Below are positions 12,672 through 25,132 of a stretch of 64,000 nucleotides of DNA, piece after piece (within the stretch, counting starts at the first letter, position 1; each line of letters begins with the position of its first letter). The notes under the pieces were generated by a model, which saw only the letters and a program-made list of their open reading frames with translations, did not search any database and was not told the origin of the DNA. Source of the DNA: Zootoca vivipara (Eukaryota); NCBI RefSeq assembly GCF_963506605.1, contig NC_083279.1:100812001-100876000 (forward strand), read 5' to 3'. A program made the position numbers and the translations under genes.

Positions 12672-14201
12672 CCTTTCCTAATAATCCTAGCAGAAACAAT
12701 TCCGGTTTCTTAGGGAACGTTTATTTTAGAATCTTTTTTAACTTGTTGTATATTAGTTCCCAAAACGGTTTTACTTTTTTGCATAGCCACCACATATGAT
12801 ACATATCCCCAACTTCCAAATGACATTTCCAACATTTTAAATCTTTTTTTAAATAGATCTTTGCCAGTTTTACTGGGGTCAAGTACCAACGGTACATAAT
12901 TTTCATGATGTTTTCTTTCAGTACCGTGCATGCTGTGAATTTTATATATTGATTCCATAATTTCAGCCACAAATCAATTTCAATCTTGTGTCCAAAATCC
13001 ATAGCCCACTTGATCATAACATCTTTTGTCTCTTCATCTTTAGTATTCCATTCAAGTATGAAATCGTACATTTTTGAAAATAATTTGTTATCCCCCTCTA
13101 CTATTTCAATTTGAAATTTTGATTTGCTATTTTCAAAAACATTCTTCCTTTTGTCTTCATTAAACAAATCATGGATCTGATGGTATTGCAACCAACCCGT
13201 CATCCTGTTTTGTAATTGATCATAAGGCTTGATTTTCCAACCTTTGTCTGTTCTTATTATCATTTCCTCATATGTTAACCAATTAGCCTCCATGTTTTTT
13301 TTTCTTTACAACTAATGCTTCTGTAGGTGATAGCCACAGAGGTGTTTTCCTCTCTAAGAGGTTTTTATATCTTTCCCACACTTCAAAAATCAGTTTAATC
13401 AAAATTAAAAATCCCTTGTGGACTTTAACTTTATTATACCATAGGTACGAATGCCATCCGTACCTATTATTAAACCCCTCCAGGTCCAACAAGTCCGTAT
13501 CTTTTAAGGCCATCCACTCCTTTGCCCAGATCAAACACACCGCTTCGTAATAAGTTTTTTAATCTGGCAGTGCAAAGCCGCCTCGTTCTTTCTTGTCTAT
13601 TAGTAATTTATGCTTTATCCTTGGCGGCTTTCCCTGCCAGATAAACCTTGATATTTTTCTCCTCCACTGGTCGAAGTGGCTTGTACCTTTGACTATCGGA
13701 AGCATTTGAAAAAGAAAAAGCATCCTTGGCAACAAGTTCATCTTAATAATAGCAATTATTCCCCATAATGACAGGTTCAGATTTTTCCATTTCTCTAAAT
13801 CTTTTTCTATTTATTTCCAAATTAACTCATAATTATCACTAAATAGATTTATATTTTTGGGGGTCAACCAGATACCTAAGTATTTTACTTTTTTTACTGC
13901 CATAATACCATATTTCATTTGTAACTCCTCCGTCTCCAATTGGCGTAGATTATTCACCAACATTTTGGTTTTTACAGTGTTCAGTTTCAAAACCTGCCAA
14001 TTTACCGAAATCCTCTATTTCACTCAACATCACTTTCATACTATCCTGCGGATCCCCCACCATCAAAATAAGATCATCGGCAAATGCTTTTTGCTTGAAT
14101 TCCTTCGTGCCCACTCTTATCCCTTTTATTGCTTTATTTTCTCTTACGTTACTCATTAAAATCTCCATCACTGAAATGAATAGAGGCCCTTCTCTATTTT
14201 T
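11511..14201 (-). mobile_element. 5'-truncated L1 LINE (3' part of ORF2), inserted at the OR-2 stop codon
   Basis: Fragmented ORF2 peptides (AFADDL RT motif, KERGGFALPD, CWKC...HMWW.C). 15-bp TSD AGCCCCTGGTTTTCT at 11496-11510 and 14202-14216. Confidence 0.9.
12040..12670 (+). mobile_element. L2 LINE 3' fragment nested in the L1
   Basis: [16 protein letters not shown]...LHWLPV...APALWNALP; (TTA)n tail. Confidence 0.9.
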
Positions 14202-15156
14202 AGCCCCTGGTTTTCTTTAACATTTTGTAAATCCTCTGCCGAATTTGCTGGGTCTTCACACTGTACACAACAGGATTAAGAAGTGGAGGGACTGCTATGT
14301 ATATGTTGGCCATCAGCATGTAGACAATGGGAGAAAGGTGCTTCCCAAATCGATGTACCACACTGACGCCAATCATTGGGACGTAGAAGATCAAGATGGC
14401 ACAAATGTGAGAGACGCAGGTGTTGAGAGCCTTGAGGCGCTCTTGGTGGGACGCAATGCTCAAAACACTCTTCAGGATCAGGATATAGGATATGAGAATG
14501 ATCACAACATCCAACCCCAAAGTAAACATGACCATTACCAAACCATACAAAATGTTGACTTTTGCACCAAAACAGGCTAACTTCATTGTGTCTGGGTGGA
14601 GGCAGTATGAATGAGAAAGCACATTAGAATTGCAGAAAGGGAGCCTTTTAATAAGAAAGGGGAGTGGGAAGCAGACACAGAAAGCTCTGGACAATATAGC
14701 TATACCTAATTTAGCAATTGCAGAATTTGGGAGAAGTGAGGTATATCTTAATGGATCACAGATGGCAATGAACCGGTCATAGGCCATTGCCACAAGAATG
14801 CCAGACTCTGCCCATTGAAACAAATGGATAAAGAACAACTGGCTGATGCAGCCACCAAGCGTGATTTCCCCTGAGTCAAACCAATAGACCTGCAGCATAG
14901 TTGGCATGGTGGAAAAGGAGAGGCCCAGATCCGAGCAGGCGAGCATGCAAAGGAAGAAGTACATGGGCTCATGGAGGCTTGGGTCAATCTTGATGACGTA
15001 AAGGATAGTAAAGTTTCCCAACAGGGTCAGGGCGTAGAGCACAAACAGTGGGAAGGCCACCCAAGAGTTCTTCTCCTGCATCCCAGGGATGCCAATCAGG
15101 ACAAAGGTTTGGTGGCTCACAAGGCTCTCGTTGAAACTGGTGATGGAGGACATCAT
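14200..15156 (-). CDS. Olfactory receptor, class I, OR51-like (OR-2), intact 318 aa
   Basis: Full set of OR motifs ([15 protein letters not shown] etc.); close paralog of OR-1. Confidence 0.95.
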   Translation of the reverse strand: MMSSITSFNESLVSHQTFVLIGIPGMQEKNSWVAFPLFVLYALTLLGNFTILYVIKIDPSLHEPMYFFLCMLACSDLGLSFSTMPTMLQVYWFDSGEITLGGCISQLFFIHLFQWAESGILVAMAYDRFIAICDPLRYTSLLPNSAIAKLGIAILSRAFCVCFPLPFLIKRLPFCNSNVLSHSYCLHPDTMKLACFGAKVNILYGLVMVMFTLGLDVVIILISYILILKSVLSIASHQERLKALNTCVSHICAILIFYVPMIGVSVVHRFGKHLSPIVYMLMANIYIAVPPLLNPVVYSVKTQQIRQRIYKMLKKTRG

Positions 15157-15384
15157 TCCCCAAGTCTGTTTGTTGGGAAAATGCTAAGGAAGAAAAGTCA
15201 AATGAATATTAGAAATCTGGTATGATTTTACAGGTTCTGTCCTAGTTTAGTCCAGCAAGAGACATTGTCTTAGAGCCTCAAAACACATTCAAAGAAAGAA
15301 ATATCCCAACTGTGACATATGGTTCACTCTTCCAAGCCCAACCAGTTTCAATTTTATGATTTATTCATTTGTTATTTTATAGAT

Positions 15385-15932
15385 TCATAGAGTTGGAAGA
15401 GACCACAAGGGCCATCCAGTCCGACCCCCTGCCAAGCAGGAAATACCATCAAAGCATTCTTGACATATGCCTGTCAAGCCTCTGCTTAAAGACCTCCAAA
15501 GAAGGAGACTCCACCACACTCCTTGGTAGCAAATTCCACTGCCGAACAGCTCTTACTGTCAGGAAGTTCTTCTTAATGTTAAGGTGGAATCTTCCTTCTT
15601 GTAGTTTGAATCCATTGCTCCGTGTCCACTTCTCTGGAGCAGCAGAAAACAATCTTTCTCCCTCCTCCATATGACATCCTTTCATATATTTGAACATGGC
15701 TATCATATCACCCCTTAACCTTCTCTTCTCCAGGCTAAACATACCCAGCTCCCTAAGCTGTTCCTCATAAGGCATCGTTTCCAGGCCTTTGACCATTTTG
15801 GTTGCCCTCTTCTGGACACGTTCCAGCTTGTCCGTATCCTTCTTGAACTGTGGTGCCCAGAACTGGACACAGTACTCCAGGTGAGGTCTGACCAGAGCAG
15901 AATACAGTGGTACTATTACTTCCCTTGATCTA
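15385..15932 (-). mobile_element. CR1 LINE 3' fragment
   Basis: [23 protein letters not shown]...WNLLP; CR1 3' UTR. Confidence 0.9.
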
Positions 15933-16594
15933 GAGTTTACAGAGTATTTGCAGAGTTTTACTCCACACCTTTGCCAAAGGGGCTCCCAATCAGCTTCTGA
16001 AGTTAAGTAGTAAGAGGGTTTCTGCTCTTAGGTTTCTACCGTATATAAAATCATGTGACAGAGAAATGCATGGGGAGGGAAGCAGAATAAGCTACAGTTC
16101 TTGCAGTGACAACTTGTTGGAATGTCTACTCAGCCTCTCTTGTGGAGAAGTGATGGGAGCTGGTCTTTCAGCAAATCAGTGAGACAGCCCTGTTTTTCTT
16201 CTGCTCTATTCTGCAGCCTGACGGTAGTTTAGCATTATTTGTGTAGCTCAAGGATCCTAAAGCCAGTTGGATTGATCTGAAAGGGAAACTGGGACACTCC
16301 CTCCACCACTGATTAGTGTTGTGGCTGTAAGTCTGAAGTGGGAGCTGAGGAATCTAAATATCCCCAAACCAATCCTTCTTGAGGGGCCACCCACAGCCGC
16401 AGGCCGTTCCCTAAACACGCCTTGCCTTTGAAGCATCTAGGCTCCACAGCTGAAGTTTCCACAAGCATCCTTCCTGTTGGACCCACCTTGCCTCCCAGGT
16501 GCATATATTTGGATTTGAGCAGACTTGGTGACCTCTTTGACACTTCTCTTCATCCTGCTGGGAACAGGTTGTTAGACTATTTTTATATTACTAT

Positions 16595-16933
16595 TTAGAG
16601 GTCCCATGGACTGCAAGAAGATCAAACCTATCAATTCTGAAGGAAATCAGCCCTGAGTGCTCACTGGAAGGACAGTTCGTGAAGCTGAGGCTCCAAGACT
16701 TTGGCCACCTCATGAGAAGAGAAGAATCCTTGGAAAAGACCCTGATGTTGGGAAAGATTGAGGGCACTAGGAGAAGGGGACGACAGAGGACGAGATGGTT
16801 GGACAGTGTTCTCGAAGCTACCAACATGAGTTTGACCAAACTGCGGGAGGCAGTGGAAGACAGGAGTGCCTGGCGTGCTATGGTCCATGGGGTCACGAAG
16901 AGTCGGAAATGACTAAACGACTAAACAACAACA
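16595..16933 (+). mobile_element. RTE-BovB LINE 3' fragment
   Basis: FGHLMRREESLEKTLMLGKIEG...WRAMVHGVTKS; (CAA)n tail. Confidence 0.9.
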
Positions 16934-17163
16934 AATTTAGAAGTACCCAGTGACCAAAAAAAGAAGAAAGGTGAAAATTGCAATGCAATGTGGACATAAA
17001 CACAGATGCAAACCGAAAGCAACATCAGAATTAAAACTGAACTAAAAACAACAACAGAGAAGGCAGAAACGCCAAAGATCCACGGAGCTCTAAAGCAGAG
17101 ACGTAAAAATGAAATGGTCTCTGTTGCTGCAGGGCTGTTCTGAGGTTCTTATGCTACCCATAC

Positions 17164-17164
<1 letters not shown>

Positions 17165-17211
<47 letters not shown>

Positions 17212-17540
17212 TATTTATACCCCACCCATCTGGCTGGGTTTCCCCAGCCACTCTGGGTGGCTTCCAACAAAAAAATAAAATACATTAAAGTGTCACACAT
17301 TAAAAACTTCCCTGAACAGGGCTGCCTTCAGATGTTTTCTAAATGTCAGGTAGTCATTTATCTCTTTGACATCTGATGGGAGGGCGTTCCACAGGGTGGG
17401 TGCCACTACCGAGAAGGCCCTCTGCCTGGCTGCCTGTAGCTTTGCTTCTTGCAGTGAGGGAACCTCCAGAAGGTCCTCGGAGCTGGACCTCAGTGTCCGG
17501 GCTGAACGATAGAGGAGGAGATGTTCCTTCAGGTATACTA
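17165..17540 (-). mobile_element. L2 LINE 3' fragment with (TAA)n tail
   Basis: Reverse-complement similarity to 12330-12660. Confidence 0.85.
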
Positions 17541-17555
17541 CTTAAGAGATACAAG

Positions 17556-17940
17556 CTCTGTCATTTCACAAAACTGTGAGAGAGATATCTGGAACTGATC
17601 AAAATGTTTATATCTCAAACAGTGCTTTCCACATACCTGACTTTATGGCATGGTCAATGTGACACGGTTTCCCCAGCAGCAAACACTAAGCCTGCCTTTG
17701 CTGTTCCAAGAGAGATCATCCCTGTGCTTTTTATGGCGTTGACAATTAAGAAAAAAAACGTTTCCCCTCTGGGAGAGAGGCTGTCTGAAAGTTGCCAGAA
17801 AACTGCTTTGTCTCAGGGGGAGGAGATCTCTGGTGGCAATTACTCGCAAATCTCTAAAGCTCCTGGGCAAGGTCCTGGAGTTCAGCTCTGGGCCAGACGT
17901 TCTGGAGATCTTGTGTGTGCTCCTCTCTTTCATAAGGATA
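17556..17940 (-). promoter_or_regulatory. OR-2 promoter and non-coding exon 1 (module copy B)
   Basis: Donor CAG|GTATG at 17632-17639, CATAAAAA 17728-17735, O/E-like site 17763-17774. Confidence 0.6.
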
Positions 17941-18572
17941 GACAAAGGAGATTTGCCCAAATGGGGGAGAAATTTGATTCTGTTTGCATTCAAAAGTGAA
18001 CCTATCCAATCCATACTTTCTGGAACAACACCTATGGCCAAGCATAGATTTGTCCTTCCCTACCAGCAACCCTTCATGCGGAGATATCTCACCTCCTTGA
18101 GGATCTTGGGGAGCCTCAATTTTAGAACTTTTTACAAATGTTTGACTAGTTTTGTGGGGGGTAGGATAAAAGAGAATGGAGTGAAGGTGGGTGGGCGGGG
18201 GAGCTGGCTTGAATGGAAGCTATCTATGCCATGAGAAGTTGAGGGAAGATTGAACCATTCAACCCTGGGGGGGGGTCTACCTTTTAAAGTTTTGGAGGCA
18301 CACACATCGCAGCAAAGTAGGGATGGGGGAGGATTTCGAGTAGTTCCACAATTTGGAGTGAACCTACTCATTCAACATATGAAGGGCTGTGCTTGGATTG
18401 CAATGGGGACAGGTAGATTAGACTGCATGCCTAGAATCTGTACAAGCAGAGATTCCTCCAACTTATATTTGCTCACTTTTTATGATATGGTGCAAGGAGA
18501 CCCCTGGTTCTTTCTCCCCTTGCTTTCTAACATAAATGGTTTCTAGATGCTTGCGGCACTTAGGATGCAAAA

Positions 18573-18950
18573 AGGGAAAAGGTAATGGACCCCTGGACGG
18601 TTAAGTCCAGTCAAATGGGGTTGCGGCGCTCATCTTGCTTTCAGGCCAAGGGAGCCGGCATTTGTCCGCAGACAGCTTTCTGGGTCATGTGGCCAGCAGG
18701 ACTAAACTGCTTCTGGCACAACGGGACACCACGACAGAAGCCTGAGCGCACGGAAACACTGTTTACCTTCCGACCGCAGCGGTACCTATTTATCTACTTG
18801 CACTTTTTGGCATGCTTTCAAACTGCTACGTTGGCAGGAGCTGGGACAGAGCAACAGGAGCTCACCCCGTCAAGGGGATTTGAACCACTGACCTTCTGAT
18901 CGCCAAGCCCAAGAGACTCAGTGGTTTAGACCACGGCGCCACCCACGTCC
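18573..18950 (-). mobile_element. Sauria SINE
   Basis: Similar to copies at 36.5, 40.8, 49.1 and 54.6 kb (AAAGGT tail, GGTTCGAATCCC-like B box on minus strand). Confidence 0.8.
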
Positions 18951-19077
18951 CGTCACGTAGGATGCATTGCACTTGCCACGTGGGATAAAAAGCCCTTGAA
19001 GCACCAGGGCACTGTTGCAAAGCTCCCCTTAATGGGTAACTGAGAAGAGATAGGAGAGCCAGGAGGACAACTTTGCC

Positions 19078-19837
19078 ATGGGCTATAGATTTTGGGCATA
19101 ATATAACAACTGATGCATGGTCAAAATTGTGGAGGGAGAATTTAAAGTTCACGGCCTGTACAGTGTTAAAAGAAAATGTAATGAAAATGGTATGTCGCTG
19201 GTACTTGACGCCTGCAAGACTGGCTAAAATGTACAGGAACCAAAATAAGTTGTGTTGGAAATGCAAAGCATCAGTTGGGGAATTTTACCACATGTGGTGG
19301 GAGTGTGATAGGATCAAAAAAAATTGGGAATCCGTGTATAATGAATAAAAAAATTGAGATATACTTTTCCAAAAAAGCCAGAGGCCTTTCTATTGGGGCT
19401 AGTAGACAAAGAAATCTTAAAAGTGGATCAAAGATTCTTCATGTATGCCACTGTGGCTGCTAGAATATTAATTTCCCAGAAATGGAAAATACAGGAGATT
19501 CCTTCAATTTCTGAGTGGCAAACAAAGGTATTAGAGTATATGGAAATGGCCAAATTAACCCACAGAATCCGGGGCCAGGATGATGAGAAATTTCAGATAG
19601 AATGGAGTAAATTTATTAATTATGCTAAAGATCCCACAGGGAATGAAATCACTAGCGGTAATGGCATGAATCCTATATAGCTGAGAATGTGATTAAGTTA
19701 GATAATACGAGAGAGGATTGAAATAGTTTACCATTTGGTGGGAGGAGGGAAGTCGCAATGTATGGGATATATGTTGTACAGATGCATTATTGTACTGTTG
19801 CTTAAGTGAATAAAAATTTATTGGTCAAAAAAAAAAA
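19078..19837 (+). mobile_element. 5'-truncated L1 LINE
   Basis: ORF2 C-terminus (CWKC..HMWW), AATAAA + poly(A), 15-bp TSD GAGGACAACTTTGCC (19063-19077; 19838-19852). Confidence 0.9.
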
Positions 19838-20635
19838 GAGGACAACTTTGCCTTCTTCTCAAGCAAGGAATTTAACAGCTCACTTGAGGCCAGATTAGCA
19901 TTTAACCAGCCTCAGATTCATGGGAGGAAGAAGCAATACAGAGTTTTCTCAGACCAGTTGGGAGCACTGACCACAGTGCTATCAAACTAAATGGTTAGTT
20001 TCCAAGAAAACCCAACATGGTCACATTTGACTTCAGAAGAGGACATTTCCCCAAAATGAGGAAACTGGTGGGGAGAAAAAAAGAAAGTTAAAAGGCAAGG
20101 TCAAGAGGGAGGTGTTTAAAAACACAATATTAGAATGTGTACCACAGAGTGAAACTTTGCCTACTTTCAAAGCAAAGAACTTAACAGGTCACTTGAGGTC
20201 ATATCAATATTTTACCAGCCTCAAATACATGAGAGTATGAAACAGTGTTTCCTGCTGCTGCATCGCCACCCATCTCTCACCTGGATTCATTGAACAGGTG
20301 AAGCCCTCGCTGCACTGCTGTCAGAACATCTTTCTCATGTTTAGTCTAAATTTCATGCAATTTGAACTTTTTGGTTCTGGTCCTGGCCTCTAGAGCTGTA
20401 GAAGACAAATTTGGCCCATCACCTCTATTCAACCTGCACTTTGAACCTTGGAAGATGGCTATGTGATCTCTCAAACATTATGATAGTTCACATGACATTT
20501 GCTTATACCACATGGGTAGTTGCTCCCAGTGGTATAACTATGGTCAGGTGGATCCACGATCTCTCCTCATAACCTACTATAAACCCTAACCAATATCTTC
20601 AGTCATGGCCTGCTGGTCTAATATGGGTAGCAAAT

Positions 20636-20960
20636 TGTGAGGAGTACCAGGCTGCTAAAGGGTTAAGCAGTTTGCTGTGACGTCTGGTCACTGGGGGGAA
20701 GATAAGGAGGGAGGAGTTCCTACATCCGGGAATGTTCTCTTTGTTCTCTGTATGCTGTATTTTGGTTTCGTAATTGCTGCTCGCCGGGAATGCTGTTTAT
20801 ACTGTGTAAATAAAGGACTTAGCTCATAAGAAAGAAGCTGTCCTCTGTGATTTATTTGTGTGTTGCCCTCTGTGGTCAACACAGCTACCGCTGCGAAAGG
20901 GGAAACTCTGCTATTTACGCCGAGAGGAGCCCTGAAGGGAGGGGCAGGCTCAGCTACACA
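20636..20960. mobile_element. Possible solo LTR
   Basis: TGT...ACA ends and internal AATAAA; no TSD found. Confidence 0.3.
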
Positions 20961-21052
20961 GAAGGAAGCCTGCTGGACTATCGGTGATCATTATGAAGAT
21001 TTATATCTCATAATGTCACACAAATCAAATGGAAAAGTAACAGCTCCTTTCT

Positions 21053-22290
21053 TTTTTTAAAAAAAATATATTTTTATTAATTTTCCAATTAAAACCAATT
21101 ATATCACATTCATTATTTCAAATTATACACATATATATCAATCAAACCGAATGTTATGCCAAATCATCTAAAAAAAATTTTTGGGTTCCCATGCTTCAAG
21201 AAATTGGGGATTCCTCGCAACCGTCCACTGCCGTCTTTTTTCTAAAGTTCAAATCGTCTCTCCGAGTTCATAATAATCCAGATCTTTCCCTTACAGTCAC
21301 ATAGATGTTTTCCTCTTTCAACCGATTATTTCCCAGCTGCTGAGATAAATGTCAAACAAAGTTTCACAAATGTTCTTTCTCCTGTGTGAGTTAATCAGTC
21401 GAGCCTCCCCATAAATCTTCTTGGTCTGGAGCGTCCCTATTGCGTCGACTCTCAACACGAAGCAGCGCCATCTTAAAAAAACTCAAATCACTTTCGTTTT
21501 CTCTCATAGATTAACGATCTTTATAAAATTTACAGCTTTTCCAGGCAGAAGAACCAGACCTCACACCATGCATAGACTCTTGGTAAATTAATGGATCTCC
21601 TTGCCCTATAGCTGAACTTAGCTTCAGGTCGCTGCTCCAATTCAAAGTGCGTCACAACTCATAAATCCTCCGAACGCATCCAGGCACTCCTCCCATCCAA
21701 CTAGAGGGGGGCTTTTCTCATCAGCAACTCCTCATCTTCAAAAAATATACTCAATAACAACAGTTTATAAAGTTCAACTCACACAGTCTTTTGCTTCTCT
21801 TTCACTCCAAACAAGCCAGGACATCACGTCTGGGAAGGTACGAAGTAACTCATATGAAAAAAATAAAAAAGAAAGACTCGCTTCCCTTATCGCTCCGTCC
21901 CCATCAATCCTTCTTCCAGTTGAAATACAGCCTTTAACTCCTCACCCTCAGCAGCATAGATTTCTCGGTAGTAAACAGCGCTTCTGCCCCTCCTTCTGAA
22001 GTATGTCCATAGATTTAAGCCTAATTATCTTCTTTAATCATGGAAATCCCCGCCATGCAGATTAGCGTCCGGGAGTCCTGGCCCTCGTAAGTGCTTCAGC
22101 CCAAGCTCCCCCCACTCCATAAACAGTCGGAGTGGGTCTGGGGGCATCGCGGGCCAGCGGCCCCTCTCCGTAACCCCCGGAGAGGGTAGGGGGTTGCCAT
22201 TTACTCCCCTAGCAACCGCCAAATTCCTTACGAAGGTCAGAGGGATGGAAAACAGGTCCGCCATTCCTGCAGGCGGAAACCGGAACCTCA
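21053..22290 (-). mobile_element. Full-length non-autonomous L1-like retroelement (~1.24 kb, no long ORF)
   Basis: Perfect 22-bp TSD GGAAAAGTAACAGCTCCTTTCT (21031-21052; 22291-22312). GC/CpG-rich L1-type 5' end (GAGGTTCCGGTTTCCG...AATGGCG). AATAAA and A-tail at the 3' end. Confidence 0.8.
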
Positions 22291-22430
22291 GGAAAAGTAA
22301 CAGCTCCTTTCTGTGTTCTGCACTATGCATGCTGCCATTGAGATTGTGACAAGACCTAGAATGATGGTCTCCTTGTGACCCTCAGGCCATGGTGGGAGCA
22401 AAGGGTTGCTGGCCACATCTCCCCCGTCTT

Positions 22431-22520
22431 CATAGCTGCCAAGTTTTCCCTTTTCTCGCGAGGAAGCCTATTCAGCATAAGGGAAAACCCCTTTAAAAAA
22501 GGGATAACTTGGCAGCTATG
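22431..22520. mobile_element. 90-bp hAT MITE
   Basis: TIR CATAGCTGCCAAGTT; 8-bp TSD CCCGTCTT. Confidence 0.9.
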
Positions 22521-23675
22521 CCCGTCTTCCATCATGAAAGAAAGAAATGCAGAATTGATTGCTGGAACATTTCCCCGAGAGCAAACTTCAGGTCCTTGCA
22601 TAGGATCTTAGAGGTTCCCCTGGCAACTGCTGCTGGGATTGCAGAGATCTCCTCCTTGTGGGATTCAGCAGATTTCTGGCAGTTTGGGGGCAGCTGGCCT
22701 CCCTGAGGGAGAACTCTTTTCTTATGACTCTTGGCATCATAAAAATCACAGCCAGAATCCCTCAATGTAGCAGCACAGGTAGGCTCCATGTCTTCCATAG
22801 AAGCAATCATGTCAGCTTCACAGTTTGGGCCGTGAAGTCAGGTAAGTGCAAAGGATTGCATGAGATACAATGCAGATCAGTTCTTCTTTGGCCAGTTTCT
22901 GAGAGGTCCCCATCAATCATCATGCTATGAAATGATTGACCTGGTTTACATTTCTGATTTTATTCCCACATTGGTCTATGGTGGATCTACCTTCTTTAAA
23001 TTCTGCTTGCTCTTCAGCAAGTATAGCTCATGGTATGTTATATTTTATGGGCTTTTATTTTCAAATGTGTGCTATTTATATATATACTTGGTTGATGGGT
23101 GGTTGTAAATAATAATAGTCCAACACCTTTGTGATTATAAGAAGTTAAGAAGAGCCTTTGGCCCATCCACTTAGAATAGTAGAATCACAGAACTGAATAG
23201 TTGGAAGGGACCCCGAGGGCCATCTAGTCTAACTCTCTGCAATGCAGGAATCTCAACTAAAGACCCTGTTCTTATGTGGACCAACCAGATGGGAAGTAAA
23301 AAAAACGATTCTCAGCAGATTGTATTCAGAGGTACACTGCTTCTGCTGGTGCAGAGAATATAGACATCATGGCTACTTGCCACTGATATCTTCCATGAAT
23401 TATGAGTCTAATAATAATTATTATCATTATAAACAAAGTGGTTGGCTAACCACCATCTAAGAACAGTAGCTTGGAATTCAAGACCCTGGAATTCTTTTCC
23501 TAAACCAAAAATGCTATGTAATTTGGAGAACTGGAAATATATAGTGCAGCCCTGTTAGGAGGGCTTAAAAAAAAGGTGGGGGGAGTATAAGATTTGCATA
23601 GCACATGCACATGCTAATTTATATAAATACAGTGGTACCTCTACTTACGAATAACTCTACTTACGAATGTTTCTA

Positions 23676-23873
23676 NNNNNNNNNNNNNNNNNNNNNNNNN
23701 NNNNNNNNNNNNNNNNNNNNNNNNNNNNNNNNNNNNNNNNNNNNNNNNNNNNNNNNNNNNNNNNNNNNNNNNNNNNNNNNNNNNNNNNNNNNNNNNNNNN
23801 NNNNNNNNNNNNNNNNNNNNNNNNNNNNNNNNNNNNNNNNNNNNNNNNNNNNNNNNNNNNNNNNNNNNNNNNN
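23676..23873. other. Assembly gap
   Basis: N run, preceded by the start of a Tc1/mariner MITE at ~23628. Confidence 1.
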
Positions 23874-24142
23874 AGTTGCAGAGGAAGTTACAGGCCAAGT
23901 CACTCAGCTGCTCTTGGATTTTGCTGCCATGCTTGAAGTAAGATCTAGGAAGGTTTCTAGAACACCACTTGGTCAAACAGTAAGTGATCAGAATCAGCTG
24001 TTGGTGCCTGAGGACATAAACAAGACACGTCAAGGGGTTCGGCCAATCACATGAGCTCCTGACCCCTCCTAATCAGGGCTAATAAGATCTAAACAAAGGA
24101 GGCTGGCTGGCTGGCTACCAAGCCAGATGGGTGGGGTATGAA

Positions 24143-24173
<31 letters not shown>

Positions 24174-24790
24174 ATTATTATTATTGCAGAGAGGGATCGT
24201 CACTTCCCTTGAAGATGATTATTTCTGAAGCTACTACAGCACTGCTTTGACTGATGTGTATTCAATGCGCTTTATTGAATTATTGTAAATAAATTGCTTC
24301 ATGATTCTATTATTTGTGTATACCAGTCTCGGATCCTTCAGGATGGCCGATGGTTTATAAATGCAAACAAACAAACAAACAAACAAACAAACAAACAAAC
24401 AAACACTGTTGCCACTTCAATAATAACTTCATCCTTTTGCTGGTGCCCTTATTGTTTGTTGTTTACTCCAATCCAATCCTCCACGATGGGGATGGGACCT
24501 CTGGTAAAGAGATTTTGCTTTGTATCCCTTATGCTTCCTGTATCAAAGAGAGAGTCACCCAAGAGACCTCTGGAACATCTCCCCAAGAGTGGGACTCCAG
24601 GTCCTTGCATGGGAACCTTGGAGATGCCTTAGCGATGGCTCCTGGGGTTTCAGGTATCTTCATGCACTGTGGTTCAGCAGGATCAGGACAGCTTTCCTCA
24701 GGAAATGGGGGGGAACCTGTAAATAGCTCTGACACCGTATAAACTCAACAGCCGAGGCAGGCTCAGCATTCACCAGGGGAGAGATTTCTT
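23874..24790 (+). repeat. Left arm of inverted segmental duplication (partner 31170-31977)
   Basis: Long reverse-complement match with reciprocal internal deletions. Confidence 0.9.
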
Positions 24791-25132
24791 CAGGTTCATA
24801 GCTGTTGGTGTAAGTGCAAAGGACTTCTTGAGATACAAAGCAGTTGAGTTCCCCCTTCATGAAGGGATGAGATCTACTTCATCCCTTCCAATCTGGCTTC
24901 AGGCCTGATTTTGACACCTGAATGGCCTTGATCATCTTGGCTGATGATTCTGATCACGAAAAGGAGTGGAGGGTGACACTATATACTCCTTGCTCTCTGA
25001 AGACCATCATGTCCTCCAGGCGTGGTTCTGATGATGCCGTGGTTCTGCTCTTGCAGAGTGGCGTCGGGGTTCTGCTTTGCCCTTTAGCTTTTGGTCTGTG
25101 AGATCATGTCTTAGTTTCATGATACTAGTTGC

